Shown here: in pieces, positions 39,856 through 49,140 of the stretch | Layout: the number at the start of each line of letters is the position of its first letter | Position numbering within the stretch: position 1 is the first letter of the stretch | From: Kiritimatiellia bacterium | Lineage (GTDB): Bacteria > Verrucomicrobiota > Kiritimatiellia > RFP12 > DVOR01 | DNA: 64,000 bases | Assembly (NCBI GenBank): GCA_031552845.1 | Contig: JAVBMC010000028.1 | Location: forward strand, 72,394 to 136,393 | Direction: 5' to 3' | The notes under the pieces: generated by a model | The model's database searches: none | The model's input: only the letters and a program-made list of their open reading frames with translations | What the model was told of the DNA's origin: nothing | Position numbers and translations under genes: made by a program

Positions 39856-42195
39856 ATGATGAGGTTTGCGTTGATGGCGGTGATATTGTGCGGGGGACTG
39901 CAATGTTCGGCGATGGAGAAGCTGCCGGAGATTGTGACGCCGTCATTGACTGTTCGTGCACTGACGCCGACGCAGATTCGCATTGAGACTGCCGATGGAA
40001 AGAAGATTGTAGACTACAACGGCATCCGCCTCAAAGGAACATTATCGGCAAAGACTGTTGATGGCGGGAGTGTCCGGCGTACGGTCAATGCTGATGGATT
40101 GCCGACGCTGGAAGTTCGTTATGCGGTCAGCGTTGATGGCGATGAGAAGACCAAGCCGGTTGTCGTTGGACGCTTTACGCCGAATAAAGATAGTGTCCGC
40201 GTAACGTATGATATTACCGGTGTTCCGACCGATAAGAAGTTTACGCTGGGCAACTCCATGCTGCAACGCAGTTATGTCTCCGGCACAGAGCTTCTCGTGG
40301 AACAGCGCAGTATGCTGACTCATTGGGAACGTCATGAGGCGGGCGGGATTCCTTATGAAGTCAACGATGGCACCGTGGTTCCTTACCGTTCACCTTCCGG
40401 GGCATTTGCTGTTGTCGTTGATGGGCACCCGAATCTCAAGTGGCGTGATGGACATCAAGAACATATCTCAATCAACCGTGTGGAGCCGGGACACTTTAAA
40501 TCAGAGTTCGCTGTGGTGCTTGCTGATATTGAAAAAGTGGGCGCGCCTGCAATCGGCGGCATCTGGCGGAACTGTCCCGTGGGATTAACGTTGCGGACGG
40601 ACCGCGCGTTTCATTGCTGGCAGTCGGCCAAAGAGCCTCTCTGCTTCACTGCCGACATCAACAGCTCACTTGCAGTTACACAGCGCGTAGAGCGTGCGTA
40701 TTGGGTGCGCGATTTTGCGGGCAGGGTGATTGCTCAAGACACGCGACAGATCAATCTTCCTCCATTGACTCTCTACTCGGAACCCTTGAAGGTGCAGACG
40801 AGCGATACGCGCGGCATTTACTTTGTGGAGGTTTCGTTGAAGGATCTGCGCGGGCACGAGCTTGCGTTTGCACGAATCAATCTGACCGTGCTGCCGCCGC
40901 ACACGTTTTCATCTACGCCTCAAGACAGTATCTTTGGCCTCGCCGCCTATTGGCCTTTGCCGTCGGAGGAAGTTGTGCAGGACTTGATGGATCGCATGGG
41001 CGTGCGTTGGTTGCGCGAAGGCGACACCCGCAAGCAGCACCCGCCGCGTATTGCCAACCATCACAGCAACACATCATTCGGTAAAGAGTGGAATCCGACT
41101 GAGCGCGATGCTTGGATCCGCAAACAGTTTGAGATCTGTGTTGAGAATAAAAACCCCTGCTGGGAGTTCGGCAACGAGATCAACATGTCCACTTTTGGCA
41201 TTGCGTTGGAAGGCGGCGGGATCGGCAAAGCGTTGCTCGCACCACAATATATCGATTGGATTAATGCTGTGCGCCGCGTACAAAAAGAGAAGCCGGAGTG
41301 GCAGCAGATTCAGCTACTGAGTTTCGGTGTGGCGGGAATGGATACAGTGTTCGTGCGCAAGCTGATTGATGCCGGAACTTTCGCGCAGCTTGACGGACTC
41401 TGCCTGCATCCGGGGCGCGGTAACTTCGCGCCTGATTATCCGCTGGCACAGCCGTGGCTGCCGCATGATCTCAAGCGTGATAAGGGGAGCTTTTGGAACT
41501 ATTACGGCGCCGTGCGGACAGCGCATGACATCTGCAGCAGTAACGGTAGCAAGCCCTTATGGCTCACAGAGGTTTATGCGCCGACTAACCCCAACAGCCA
41601 TTGGGAAGACACGCCCCGCCATGCGGCGGAGAATGTGTTGTTGAGCTTTATCTTGGCAAAGGTTGAGAGTGTTAAGGCCGTGATGTACTATCAACTCTTT
41701 GACTCCGTTTGGTATGACCGCCTCGGCGTCAATCACAAAGAGCGCGAGTATTTCTTTGGGCTGATCCACCGCGACTATAGTCTCAAGCCCGCACTGCTCG
41801 CCTACTGCGCGGCGGCAGAACATTTGGAGAGTGCAGTGTTTAAAGGCTGGGTGAAGTTTGATGGCACGGAAGTCCGTGGTGTAGTCTTTGATACGCCGCG
41901 TGGCGCATTGACGATTTTGTGGAACCGTGCCGATGGCTATATCCTCACAGAGAAAGTTAAACCCTTCGCAACACCGGAACCTTGGGTAGACTTGTGGAAA
42001 ACTAAAACAGCCGTTACACTGCCGACATCTGCCTCATCCGTACGCATTATCAATGCCATCGGTCAACACTCCACTGTCGCATCCAACAATAAGACTGTCA
42101 CGCTCAAAATAGATGGCGCACCGACGATGATCTACGGACTCGACATCGCGCAGTTCAAACTATTGCCAAACGGTGCAGTTGCGGTGAAACATTAA
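39856..42195 (+). CDS. Secreted glycoside hydrolase, clan GH-A-like (TIM barrel) with an N-terminal beta-sandwich region
   Basis: Signal peptide MMRFALMAVILCGGLQCSA. Candidate catalytic acid/base in ...CWEFGNEINMSTFG and nucleophile in ...KPLWLTEVYAPTNP (the NE(P)...TE pattern of GH-A). Family not assignable by eye. Confidence 0.55.
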   Translation: MMRFALMAVILCGGLQCSAMEKLPEIVTPSLTVRALTPTQIRIETADGKKIVDYNGIRLKGTLSAKTVDGGSVRRTVNADGLPTLEVRYAVSVDGDEKTKPVVVGRFTPNKDSVRVTYDITGVPTDKKFTLGNSMLQRSYVSGTELLVEQRSMLTHWERHEAGGIPYEVNDGTVVPYRSPSGAFAVVVDGHPNLKWRDGHQEHISINRVEPGHFKSEFAVVLADIEKVGAPAIGGIWRNCPVGLTLRTDRAFHCWQSAKEPLCFTADINSSLAVTQRVERAYWVRDFAGRVIAQDTRQINLPPLTLYSEPLKVQTSDTRGIYFVEVSLKDLRGHELAFARINLTVLPPHTFSSTPQDSIFGLAAYWPLPSEEVVQDLMDRMGVRWLREGDTRKQHPPRIANHHSNTSFGKEWNPTERDAWIRKQFEICVENKNPCWEFGNEINMSTFGIALEGGGIGKALLAPQYIDWINAVRRVQKEKPEWQQIQLLSFGVAGMDTVFVRKLIDAGTFAQLDGLCLHPGRGNFAPDYPLAQPWLPHDLKRDKGSFWNYYGAVRTAHDICSSNGSKPLWLTEVYAPTNPNSHWEDTPRHAAENVLLSFILAKVESVKAVMYYQLFDSVWYDRLGVNHKEREYFFGLIHRDYSLKPALLAYCAAAEHLESAVFKGWVKFDGTEVRGVVFDTPRGALTILWNRADGYILTEKVKPFATPEPWVDLWKTKTAVTLPTSASSVRIINAIGQHSTVASNNKTVTLKIDGAPTMIYGLDIAQFKLLPNGAVAVKH

Positions 42196-42788
42196 CGTGC
42201 CGGAGGAGTACGGAATATATTTTTACGCCAAAGAGGCGGTGGTTTGCCAATCTGCTGTTGGATTTCGGCTTCCATCGTTTGTAAGTCAGTGCCCGAGAGC
42301 TGGGGAATCAGCGTGGTGCGTAGTTCCCAGGGGATAGATGAGGAGGCTGTTCGTTTGATAGTTTCGTGAACGACGCCAGAATCGGCAGCGGGGCCACAGA
42401 TTTCTAGGTAGCGTGACGCAGGGCACTTGTAATCAATGGCAATGTAGTCTAGTAGATTCTTTGCAAGAAGCTCAGACACGACGTCGGGGTGACAGCCGTT
42501 TGTGTCGAGTTTGACTTGGTAGTTGAGGGTTTTGAGGTAGCGGCAGAATGTGATCAAGTCAGCTTGGATTGTAGGTTCGCCACCGCTGATGACTACGCCT
42601 GCCAACAGGCCGGCACGTTTTTCAAGGAACAAGCGGACTTCTTCCTCAGGCACCAAGTCCGCGCCATCGCGCGTTTGCGGATTATGGCAGAAACAGCAGT
42701 CATAGGGACACCCGGAGGTGAAGGCAACGCAGGCCGGCACCCCCGGGTAATCTATTAACGAAGTCTTGATTAGCCCGGCAAAGATCAC
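42192..42788 (-). CDS. nrdG: Anaerobic ribonucleoside-triphosphate reductase activating protein (radical SAM)
   Basis: 198 aa. CxxxCxxC cluster in GCPYDCCFCHN. Glycine-rich SAM motif VVISGGEPT. Immediately downstream of nrdD. Confidence 0.85.
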   Translation of the reverse strand: MIFAGLIKTSLIDYPGVPACVAFTSGCPYDCCFCHNPQTRDGADLVPEEEVRLFLEKRAGLLAGVVISGGEPTIQADLITFCRYLKTLNYQVKLDTNGCHPDVVSELLAKNLLDYIAIDYKCPASRYLEICGPAADSGVVHETIKRTASSSIPWELRTTLIPQLSGTDLQTMEAEIQQQIGKPPPLWRKNIFRTPPAR

Positions 42789-44878
42789 GCGGTGGCTTTC
42801 TTCATGACATAAGGTTTGCGCTCGTTGTATTCGGCCTTCTTGCCTTTGTTGAAGTTTTTAACCGGTCGCAGGTAGCCGACCACACGCGTCCAAACCTCGG
42901 TCTCTGCGCCGCACTTCGGGCAGGCCGTATGTTCGCCATCGAGATAGCCATGCGCATCGCACGTGCTAAAGGTCGGCGTCAGTGAGACGTAGGGGAGTTT
43001 GTAGCGTGTGAAGATGGTTCGGATGAGTTCCCGCGCCGCTTGGGTATCGGTGATACGCTCGCCGAGATAGAGGTGCAGAACCGTGCCGCCGGTGTAGGCC
43101 GATTGCAAGTCGTCTTGCAGGTCGAGCGTTTCAAAGATATCATCGGTGAAGGCAACGGGCAGTTGGGATGAGTTCGTATAGTACGGTTCGTTTTCGCCGG
43201 CTGCAAGAATTGCCGGATGGCGCGCCTTGTCGATCCGTGCCAAGCGGTAGCTGGTGCCCTCGGCGGGTGTTGCTTCCAAGTTGAAGAAGTGTCCCGTCTC
43301 TTCTTGGAATCCCGTCATCAGGTTTCGCAGCGCCTCAAGTACGTCGTTAGCGAACTTCTGCCCCTTCTCGCTTGTCAGGTCAACATCGGAATCGAAGAGG
43401 TTGCGGATAGCTTCGTTCATGCCGACGATGCCGATGGTGCTGAAGTGATTCGCCCAGTAAGAGCCTTCGCGTTTGCGGATGTCTTCAAGGTAGCGGGCGG
43501 AGAAAGGATACATGCCGCGGGCGGTCTCCTTCTCGATAATGCCGCGCTTCATCTCAAGGCTGTCTTTCGCCAACACGGCGTAGCTGCGCAGGATTTCGTA
43601 GAAGCGTTTCTCGTCGCCCTGTGCTTCGTAAGCAAGGCGCGGCAGGTTGAGCGTGACGACGCCGATGCTGCCGGTGAGCGGATTGGAACCGAAAAGGCCG
43701 CCGCCGCGTTTGCGCAGCTCGGAGGTGTCGAGCCGCAGACGGCAGCACATGGAGAGCGCGTCTTCCGGCGAGAGGTCGCTGTTGATGTAATTGGAGAAGT
43801 AGGGAATGCCATATTTACACGTCATCTCGAATATGGCATCGCTCACAGGGTTATCCCACTGGAAGTCACGCGTGATGTTGATGGTGGGGATCGGGAAGGT
43901 GAACACACGTCCCGACGCATCGCCCTCCATCATAACTTCGCAGAAGGCGCGGTTGAAAATATCCATCTCTGCCTGATACTCGCCGTAGCAGGTGTCCTGT
44001 GGTTTGCCGCCGATGATGATGGGACGGTCCTTTAACGTGGAGGGAACACGTAAATCAAAGGTGAGGTTGGAGAATGGGCATTGGAATCCGACACGCGTGG
44101 GAACGTTGAGGTTGAAGATGAATTCTTGAAGTGCTTGCTTCACGGATTTGAAGTCGAGCTTGTCCAGGCGGATGAACGGCGCGCAGTAGGTGTCGATGGA
44201 TGACCATGCTTGCGCACCCGCAGTTTCGCCTTGCGTTGAGAAGGTCGAGTTGACAATCTGCCCCAGGAACGAGCGCAGGTGTTTGGCCGGATTGGATGAC
44301 ACTTTGCCGGGAATGCCGCCGAAGCCGATACACAGCAATTGATACAGATCCCAGCCCGCGCAGTAGGGGCCGAAGAAGCCCAGGTCGTGCAGGTGAAAAT
44401 AACCATCTGCATGCGCGGCGCGGATTTCGGCCGGATAGACTTCGTTCAGCCAATACTGCCGCGTGAATGCTTCACGGATGTAGTTGTTCATGCCGTTGAC
44501 GCTGCGGGAGGTGTTGGCGTTTTCGCGCACCTTCCAATCGCGGTCGTCGAGGTAATCATGGAACAAACGGATCGTCGCATCGACCACAGCTTGGCCATCG
44601 CGGATTTTCCGCCGCTGTTCACGGTAAAGGATGTAAGCCTTTGCGGTGGCCGTCAGGCCGTTGCGCATGAGCACCTGTTCGACAGTGTCTTGGATTTGTT
44701 CGACTTGGATATTGTCAGCCGCGGTACTCCAGCACAGTTCGAGGACTTCTTCCGCGAGGCGCCGCGGATTACCCGACGTCTCACCCGATACCTTGAGGGC
44801 CTTTTCGATTGCATTCTGGATTTTCTGTCCGTCGCAGAAAACCACGGTGCCATCCCGTTTCACAACATGTTTGAGCAT
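42785..44878 (-). CDS. nrdD: Anaerobic ribonucleoside-triphosphate reductase (class III)
   Basis: The start is set at MLKHVVKRDGTVVFCDGQKIQNAIEKA (ATP-cone) with RBS aaggagag. C-terminal glycyl-radical and Zn region ...CPKCGAETEVWTRVVGYLRPVKNFNKGK. Confidence 0.9.
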   Translation of the reverse strand: MLKHVVKRDGTVVFCDGQKIQNAIEKALKVSGETSGNPRRLAEEVLELCWSTAADNIQVEQIQDTVEQVLMRNGLTATAKAYILYREQRRKIRDGQAVVDATIRLFHDYLDDRDWKVRENANTSRSVNGMNNYIREAFTRQYWLNEVYPAEIRAAHADGYFHLHDLGFFGPYCAGWDLYQLLCIGFGGIPGKVSSNPAKHLRSFLGQIVNSTFSTQGETAGAQAWSSIDTYCAPFIRLDKLDFKSVKQALQEFIFNLNVPTRVGFQCPFSNLTFDLRVPSTLKDRPIIIGGKPQDTCYGEYQAEMDIFNRAFCEVMMEGDASGRVFTFPIPTINITRDFQWDNPVSDAIFEMTCKYGIPYFSNYINSDLSPEDALSMCCRLRLDTSELRKRGGGLFGSNPLTGSIGVVTLNLPRLAYEAQGDEKRFYEILRSYAVLAKDSLEMKRGIIEKETARGMYPFSARYLEDIRKREGSYWANHFSTIGIVGMNEAIRNLFDSDVDLTSEKGQKFANDVLEALRNLMTGFQEETGHFFNLEATPAEGTSYRLARIDKARHPAILAAGENEPYYTNSSQLPVAFTDDIFETLDLQDDLQSAYTGGTVLHLYLGERITDTQAARELIRTIFTRYKLPYVSLTPTFSTCDAHGYLDGEHTACPKCGAETEVWTRVVGYLRPVKNFNKGKKAEYNERKPYVMKKATA

Positions 44879-44989
44879 ATTCTCTCCTTGCGTTTTGGAA
44901 AAAGAAGAGAAGGGGAAGACACCAGCGTTCATCGCGGGGTTTTCCACACGCTCTCCATTCTCCGTGGGTGTGTGTTCGGGCGGGGCAGG

Positions 44990-45155
44990 TCTTCTGGCTC
45001 GGGCTTATCCACGGCGCCTTCCCGGGATGACTCCCAGTGGCTTGATGCCGTAGCTATATTGCCCTCACAGCGGCGGGACCGCGAAGGTTTTGCACCTTCT
45101 TCCCTTTTCACCGGCGTTTCCGCCGGACCTCGTCCGATACGCCATTTGGCGTATG
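44990..45155 (-). promoter_or_regulatory. Cobalamin (B12) riboswitch in the nrdDG leader
   Basis: The minus strand reads ...ggtgaaaagggaagaaggtgcaaaaccttcgcggtcccgccgctgtgagggc...ggcatcaagccactgggagtcatcccgggaaggcgcc. Core GGTGaAAAGGGAA...GGTGCAAAACC...CCCGCCgCTGT and B12 box AAGCCACTGGGA...CCGGGAAGGC are both present. Confidence 0.75.
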
Positions 45156-45161
45156 GGTTGG

Positions 45162-45190
45162 AGTATATCCTGTTTTGGTGAGCAAGGCAA
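45162..45190 (-). promoter_or_regulatory. Sigma70-like promoter for nrdDG (-35 TTGCCT, 17 bp, -10 TATACT)
   Basis: The minus strand reads cttgccttgctcaccaaaacaggatatactcc. The hexamers and 17-bp spacing are identical to the 29921-29949 promoter. Confidence 0.5.
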
Positions 45191-45302
45191 GGAAAACTTC
45201 CTCGTCTGGCTATGCCACCGTCGGCAAACGCCTCGACTACGTGCGTCACTGCCTCTATCCACGTCCGTGAGACAACGGAAAGCAACATGTCGTCCCCCTG
45301 TC

Positions 45303-45424
45303 TGTAACGTTGCTTTCTGCGGGCAGTAACATTACTTAGCGTTGTCAGCAACGTTACTTCCTGTGCTGAGTAACATTACTGCCAGTCATAAGTAACATTG
45401 CTCATGGTTGTGAGTAACGTTACT
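45303..45424. repeat. Tandem array of 6 x 22-bp units each containing the 12-bp palindrome AGTAAC|RTTRCT
   Basis: Palindromes at 45303-45314, 45325-45336, 45347-45358, 45369-45380, 45391-45402 and 45413-45424. Centres are exactly 22 bp apart. Located between the aroKB stop and the nrdD promoter. Confidence 0.85.
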
Positions 45425-45472
45425 CACGTTCCTGTTACGGGGCTAAAAGAGGTGTGTGAGCCAAGTGAGGGA

Positions 45473-47056
45473 TTATTCCGCGATGCAGAGAGCGCCGTCG
45501 CGAAGTTCGAGAGTCAGCGGAATACCGACTTTCACTTCGCCGGGGGCGACGGGTAACGCAAAGCGGACAGCACCATCGGCTTTCTTTTTATCGTGCCGGA
45601 CGGCTTCGAGGATTGCCGCTTTGTCGAGCTGTTCAGGGATTCCCGTCGGCAGGTTGTGCAGATGGAGGCAAGCCGTAAGCGCATCAACAAATTCCTGCTT
45701 GGCTAAGCCTTTTTGCACTGCATACCGCACCGCCGCGACCAGTCCAATCGCAACAGCTTCACCATGTGGAATGGAAAAGTTGGCCGCTTGTTCCACACCA
45801 TGTCCAATCGTGTGTCCAAGGTTCAGCGCCGCGCGGATGCCCTGCTCATAGGGGTCTTCACAAATGACGCGCACCTTGACCGCCAGCGAACGGGCGATGA
45901 GTGTTTGCAGTTCTGCCGGGGTGAAAGTATTTTTGCGGCACAGCAATTCAAACAGCTCTGCATCGTCAATCACGGCATGCTTGATTGTTTCGGCCATGCC
46001 GCAAGCAAACTCCTGTGGCGGTAATGTTGCCAGCACTTCCGGATCGGTTACAACCAACACCGGCGCATGGAATGCGCCAATCAGATTTTTTGCCTGTGGC
46101 AAGTCGGCGCCGGTTTTACCGCCGAGCGATGAATCGACCATCGCCAACATCGTGGTCGGGATGTTGACCCAGTCCACGCCGCGCAGCCAAGTCGCCGCCG
46201 CAAATCCGGTGAGGTCGCCGACCACACCGCCGCCTAAGGCGAACACGGTGTCGCCGCGTTCAATGCCGCCCGCAAGGAATCCGTTCCAAATCTGCTGGAC
46301 GGTATCAATGGTCTTGGTGGCTTCACCGGCGGGGATCGCAATTGTTTTCACCGTCAAACCAGCGGCGGCGAGCTGTTCTTCGACTTGCGCGGCGTAGAGC
46401 CGGTGAGTATTGGTGTCGCACACCAGCGCGGCGCGGCGGCCAAGCTTCAAGGGACGGAGCAGGGCGGAGAGGTTTTTCAATATGCCGTTACGGACGTAAA
46501 CTTCGTAATCGTTGTCCATGCCATAGATACGGTAAACGCCGAAGGCCGCCTGCACTGCCGCCGCGTTGGTCTTCTTGCTGTGATGTTCGACATTCACCTG
46601 CCGCTCGAACGTAGCATAATGCGGCGCTCGCTCAGCCATCAAATCATGAATGCTGCGTGTCGTGAGCAGCGGGCGGTATCCGGGTCTGCCGGAGGCACGT
46701 ACTTCCAAATACTCCGCTCCGGCCATCAAGCATACTACGTGTCCCATCGCTTCTACTTCACGCCGCAGCTCGGAATCAAGCAATGCCCCGCCGCCCAGTG
46801 AAACGACGCATCGAGGCTTGTCGAAGAGCGCACGGATCATCCGCGCTTCACGTGCCCGAAATGCCGCTTCACCCTCTGCCGCAAAAATCTCCGGGATGGT
46901 ACGTCCGGCCTCGGCTTCAATCTCCGCATCCACCTCGACCAGCGGCAGCCCCAGCTGTTCGGCGATCCGTTTGGCGTGTGTTGTCTTACCGCTCGCGGGT
47001 GGCCCGTATAAAAAAAGATGCTGCTGCTCAACTCGCATAATTATGCACTCCGACAA
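45473..47056 (-). CDS. aroKB: Bifunctional shikimate kinase / 3-dehydroquinate synthase (AroK-AroB fusion)
   Basis: N-terminal P-loop LFLYGPPASGKTT (shikimate kinase). C-terminal DHQ synthase core (...ALGGGVVGDLTGFAAATWLRGVDWVNIPTTMLAMVDSSLGGKTG...). The true start is likely the Met at 47038. Confidence 0.9.
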   Translation of the reverse strand: MSECIIMRVEQQHLFLYGPPASGKTTHAKRIAEQLGLPLVEVDAEIEAEAGRTIPEIFAAEGEAAFRAREARMIRALFDKPRCVVSLGGGALLDSELRREVEAMGHVVCLMAGAEYLEVRASGRPGYRPLLTTRSIHDLMAERAPHYATFERQVNVEHHSKKTNAAAVQAAFGVYRIYGMDNDYEVYVRNGILKNLSALLRPLKLGRRAALVCDTNTHRLYAAQVEEQLAAAGLTVKTIAIPAGEATKTIDTVQQIWNGFLAGGIERGDTVFALGGGVVGDLTGFAAATWLRGVDWVNIPTTMLAMVDSSLGGKTGADLPQAKNLIGAFHAPVLVVTDPEVLATLPPQEFACGMAETIKHAVIDDAELFELLCRKNTFTPAELQTLIARSLAVKVRVICEDPYEQGIRAALNLGHTIGHGVEQAANFSIPHGEAVAIGLVAAVRYAVQKGLAKQEFVDALTACLHLHNLPTGIPEQLDKAAILEAVRHDKKKADGAVRFALPVAPGEVKVGIPLTLELRDGALCIAE

Positions 47057-47807
47057 ATAAGCGCGATACGTTAATCCACGTCAGCGTCAGCGCAATCATC
47101 AACAGTCCCAACCACAACAGTCCGGCGGAAGTTTTGGGACGCGCTGCGCCATAACGCAAACGAAAATGAAAATAAGCTCCATAGGTCAGCCACGTTGCCA
47201 GCGACCACATCTCCTTCGGATCCCACTGCCAATAGTGCCCCCACGCCAGCTTGCCCCACACCGCACCCAACACAAATGCAATGCTCAATGGCAGGAATCC
47301 GCACACCGCTGTCACAAATGCCGCCCGCTCTAGTTTCGCATCCGGCTGTTTGAACAACGGCAGTGCCATCACCGCCGCGCGCGCCAGCATCACATAACCG
47401 ATAATATACAACGCCACGTGTGGAAGGAACAGCGGACTCTGCAACGCCGGCGGCAACCGCCGCAGCTCATCGCTAAATACAAACCCCACCGGCCACAACA
47501 AAACGAATCCTAACACAGCATCCTGAACAGTGGTGTCAATCCCCGTCAACCGCCGCGTCAACCATGCCAGCGGCCACAATGCCGCCGCCATGCACAAGAA
47601 GACTTCGAACAGATTCTGCATCGGCAAATGACTGCTGTGCAAGCCACGGTAAATCACCGACGCGGTGGCAACGGCAAATCCAACGAACCACACAGCATTG
47701 CCCACTCGTTCGCGCTTGCACCTCAATAATGTCGCCGCCGTCAGAAACGCCGCCATCGTCAGATAAACCAACAACCCTTGAACTGTAAACTTAATCTCCA
47801 CGCTCAA
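47028..47807 (-). CDS. ccsA: Cytochrome c-type biogenesis protein CcsA/ResC family (heme-handling, WWD domain)
   Basis: 259-aa polytopic membrane protein with the tryptophan-rich WWD signature WGKLAWGHYWQWDPKEMWSLATWL. Confidence 0.8.
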   Translation of the reverse strand: MSVEIKFTVQGLLVYLTMAAFLTAATLLRCKRERVGNAVWFVGFAVATASVIYRGLHSSHLPMQNLFEVFLCMAAALWPLAWLTRRLTGIDTTVQDAVLGFVLLWPVGFVFSDELRRLPPALQSPLFLPHVALYIIGYVMLARAAVMALPLFKQPDAKLERAAFVTAVCGFLPLSIAFVLGAVWGKLAWGHYWQWDPKEMWSLATWLTYGAYFHFRLRYGAARPKTSAGLLWLGLLMIALTLTWINVSRLFVGVHNYAS

Positions 47808-47911
47808 TCCTTACACTCATTGCCATGCCCGCCAGTATAGACTATTTTCGCCCGCTTTGCAATGCCGCAATCTTTTTGGCGGGCGTGTAGAAATGTAATG
47901 CGACTAAAACA

Positions 47912-47950
47912 AAAAACCGGCGGGGCGGGTTCCCTGCCGGTCTTTTGTCT
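47912..47950 (-). terminator. Rho-independent terminator downstream of asd
   Basis: The minus strand reads gaccggcagggaacccgccccgccggttttttgtttt: a GC stem ccggc...gccgg followed by a U-tract. Confidence 0.6.
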
Positions 47951-47964
47951 GTTGGCTGGTCCGG

Positions 47965-48981
47965 TTAGACGAGCTTGCGGGCGATGAGCGCTTCCGCGAT
48001 TTGGACGGCGTTTTGCGCCGCGCCTTTGCGGATGTTGTCGCCGCAGCACCAGAGCGCCACGCCGTTGGTTGCGCTGGGGTCGAGGCGGATGCGGCCAATG
48101 CCGACATCATCGCCGCCTTGGATATCCAGCGGCATCGGATAAGCCGCAGTGTCAAGGTCATCGATGAGCTTGACGCCGGGCGACTGCTTGACAATCTCGC
48201 GGATCTGCCCGACCGTGAAGGGATTCTCGAACTGCGCATGCACCGCGACGGAGTGCGCATAGAACACCGGCACGCGCACGCAGGTGCAGCCGATTTGCAG
48301 ATTGGGGTTGGAGAGAATCTTGCGTGACTCGTAGGTGAGCTTGGCTTCTTCCGAAGTGAAGCCGGGCATCTCCTTCTTGGCACCGCCGATTTGCGGAATC
48401 ACGTTGCAGGCGATCTGGTGCGGATAGACCTTCTTCTCAATGGGCGTACCATTGACAACGGCTTTGATCTGGCTGTCGAGCTCGGTCACTGCCGCCGCAC
48501 CCGAACCGCTGACGGATTGGAAGGTGACCGCGGTGAGGTGCTTCAAAGGATTGGCGCGATGCAACGGGGCGATGCCCATCAGGGTGATGATGGTGGAGCA
48601 GTTGGGGTTGGCGATAAAACCCTGATGCTTGTCCAATGCCTCGGCGTTGATTTCCGGCACGACCAACGGCACGCGGTCATCCATGCGGTAATCGTCACCA
48701 TTGTCGATCACGATGGCGCCGCGCTTGACGGCTTCCCAGCCCCACATCTTCGAGGCACCCTTGGAGCCCTCGGTTCCGGCAAACAAAACGATGTCGAGTC
48801 CGTCGAAAGCTTCGGCAGTTGTCTCGCGCACGGCAAAGGTTTCGCCTGCGATGACCTCATCGCGGTTACGCGTCGCCAACACCCGGATTTCGGACGCGGG
48901 GAAGTTACGTTGACGCAGGATCTTAATCATCTCCGTGCCCACCGCGCCAATACCAACCAGACCAACTTTATACTGCTTCAT
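47965..48981 (-). CDS. asd: Aspartate-semialdehyde dehydrogenase
   Basis: MKQYKVGLVGIGAVGTEMIKIL... (NAD-binding). Active-site ANPNCSTIITL. The start is assigned to the internal Met. Confidence 0.9.
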   Translation of the reverse strand: MKQYKVGLVGIGAVGTEMIKILRQRNFPASEIRVLATRNRDEVIAGETFAVRETTAEAFDGLDIVLFAGTEGSKGASKMWGWEAVKRGAIVIDNGDDYRMDDRVPLVVPEINAEALDKHQGFIANPNCSTIITLMGIAPLHRANPLKHLTAVTFQSVSGSGAAAVTELDSQIKAVVNGTPIEKKVYPHQIACNVIPQIGGAKKEMPGFTSEEAKLTYESRKILSNPNLQIGCTCVRVPVFYAHSVAVHAQFENPFTVGQIREIVKQSPGVKLIDDLDTAAYPMPLDIQGGDDVGIGRIRLDPSATNGVALWCCGDNIRKGAAQNAVQIAEALIARKLV

Positions 48982-49140
48982 TCTACCCTCTAACGAGACT
49001 AACATTAATATGCAATTCGGGGTGATAGTATGCCAAAAACGAGGGGGCTTGTAAAGCACGAACCCTGCCCCTTACAGACAAGACGGCGCAATGGTCCTGC
49101 TTGTTCCTAATGGGTCGGCAGAGAAGGGCGGGGAATGAGG

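Noticed and set aside
44881-44990. Explicit terminator or anti-terminator expression platform for the B12 riboswitch
   Set aside because: The U-rich tract ttctcttctttttcc and the strong RBS are visible. However, I could not pair a convincing terminator stem by eye, so the mechanism (transcriptional versus translational) is left open.
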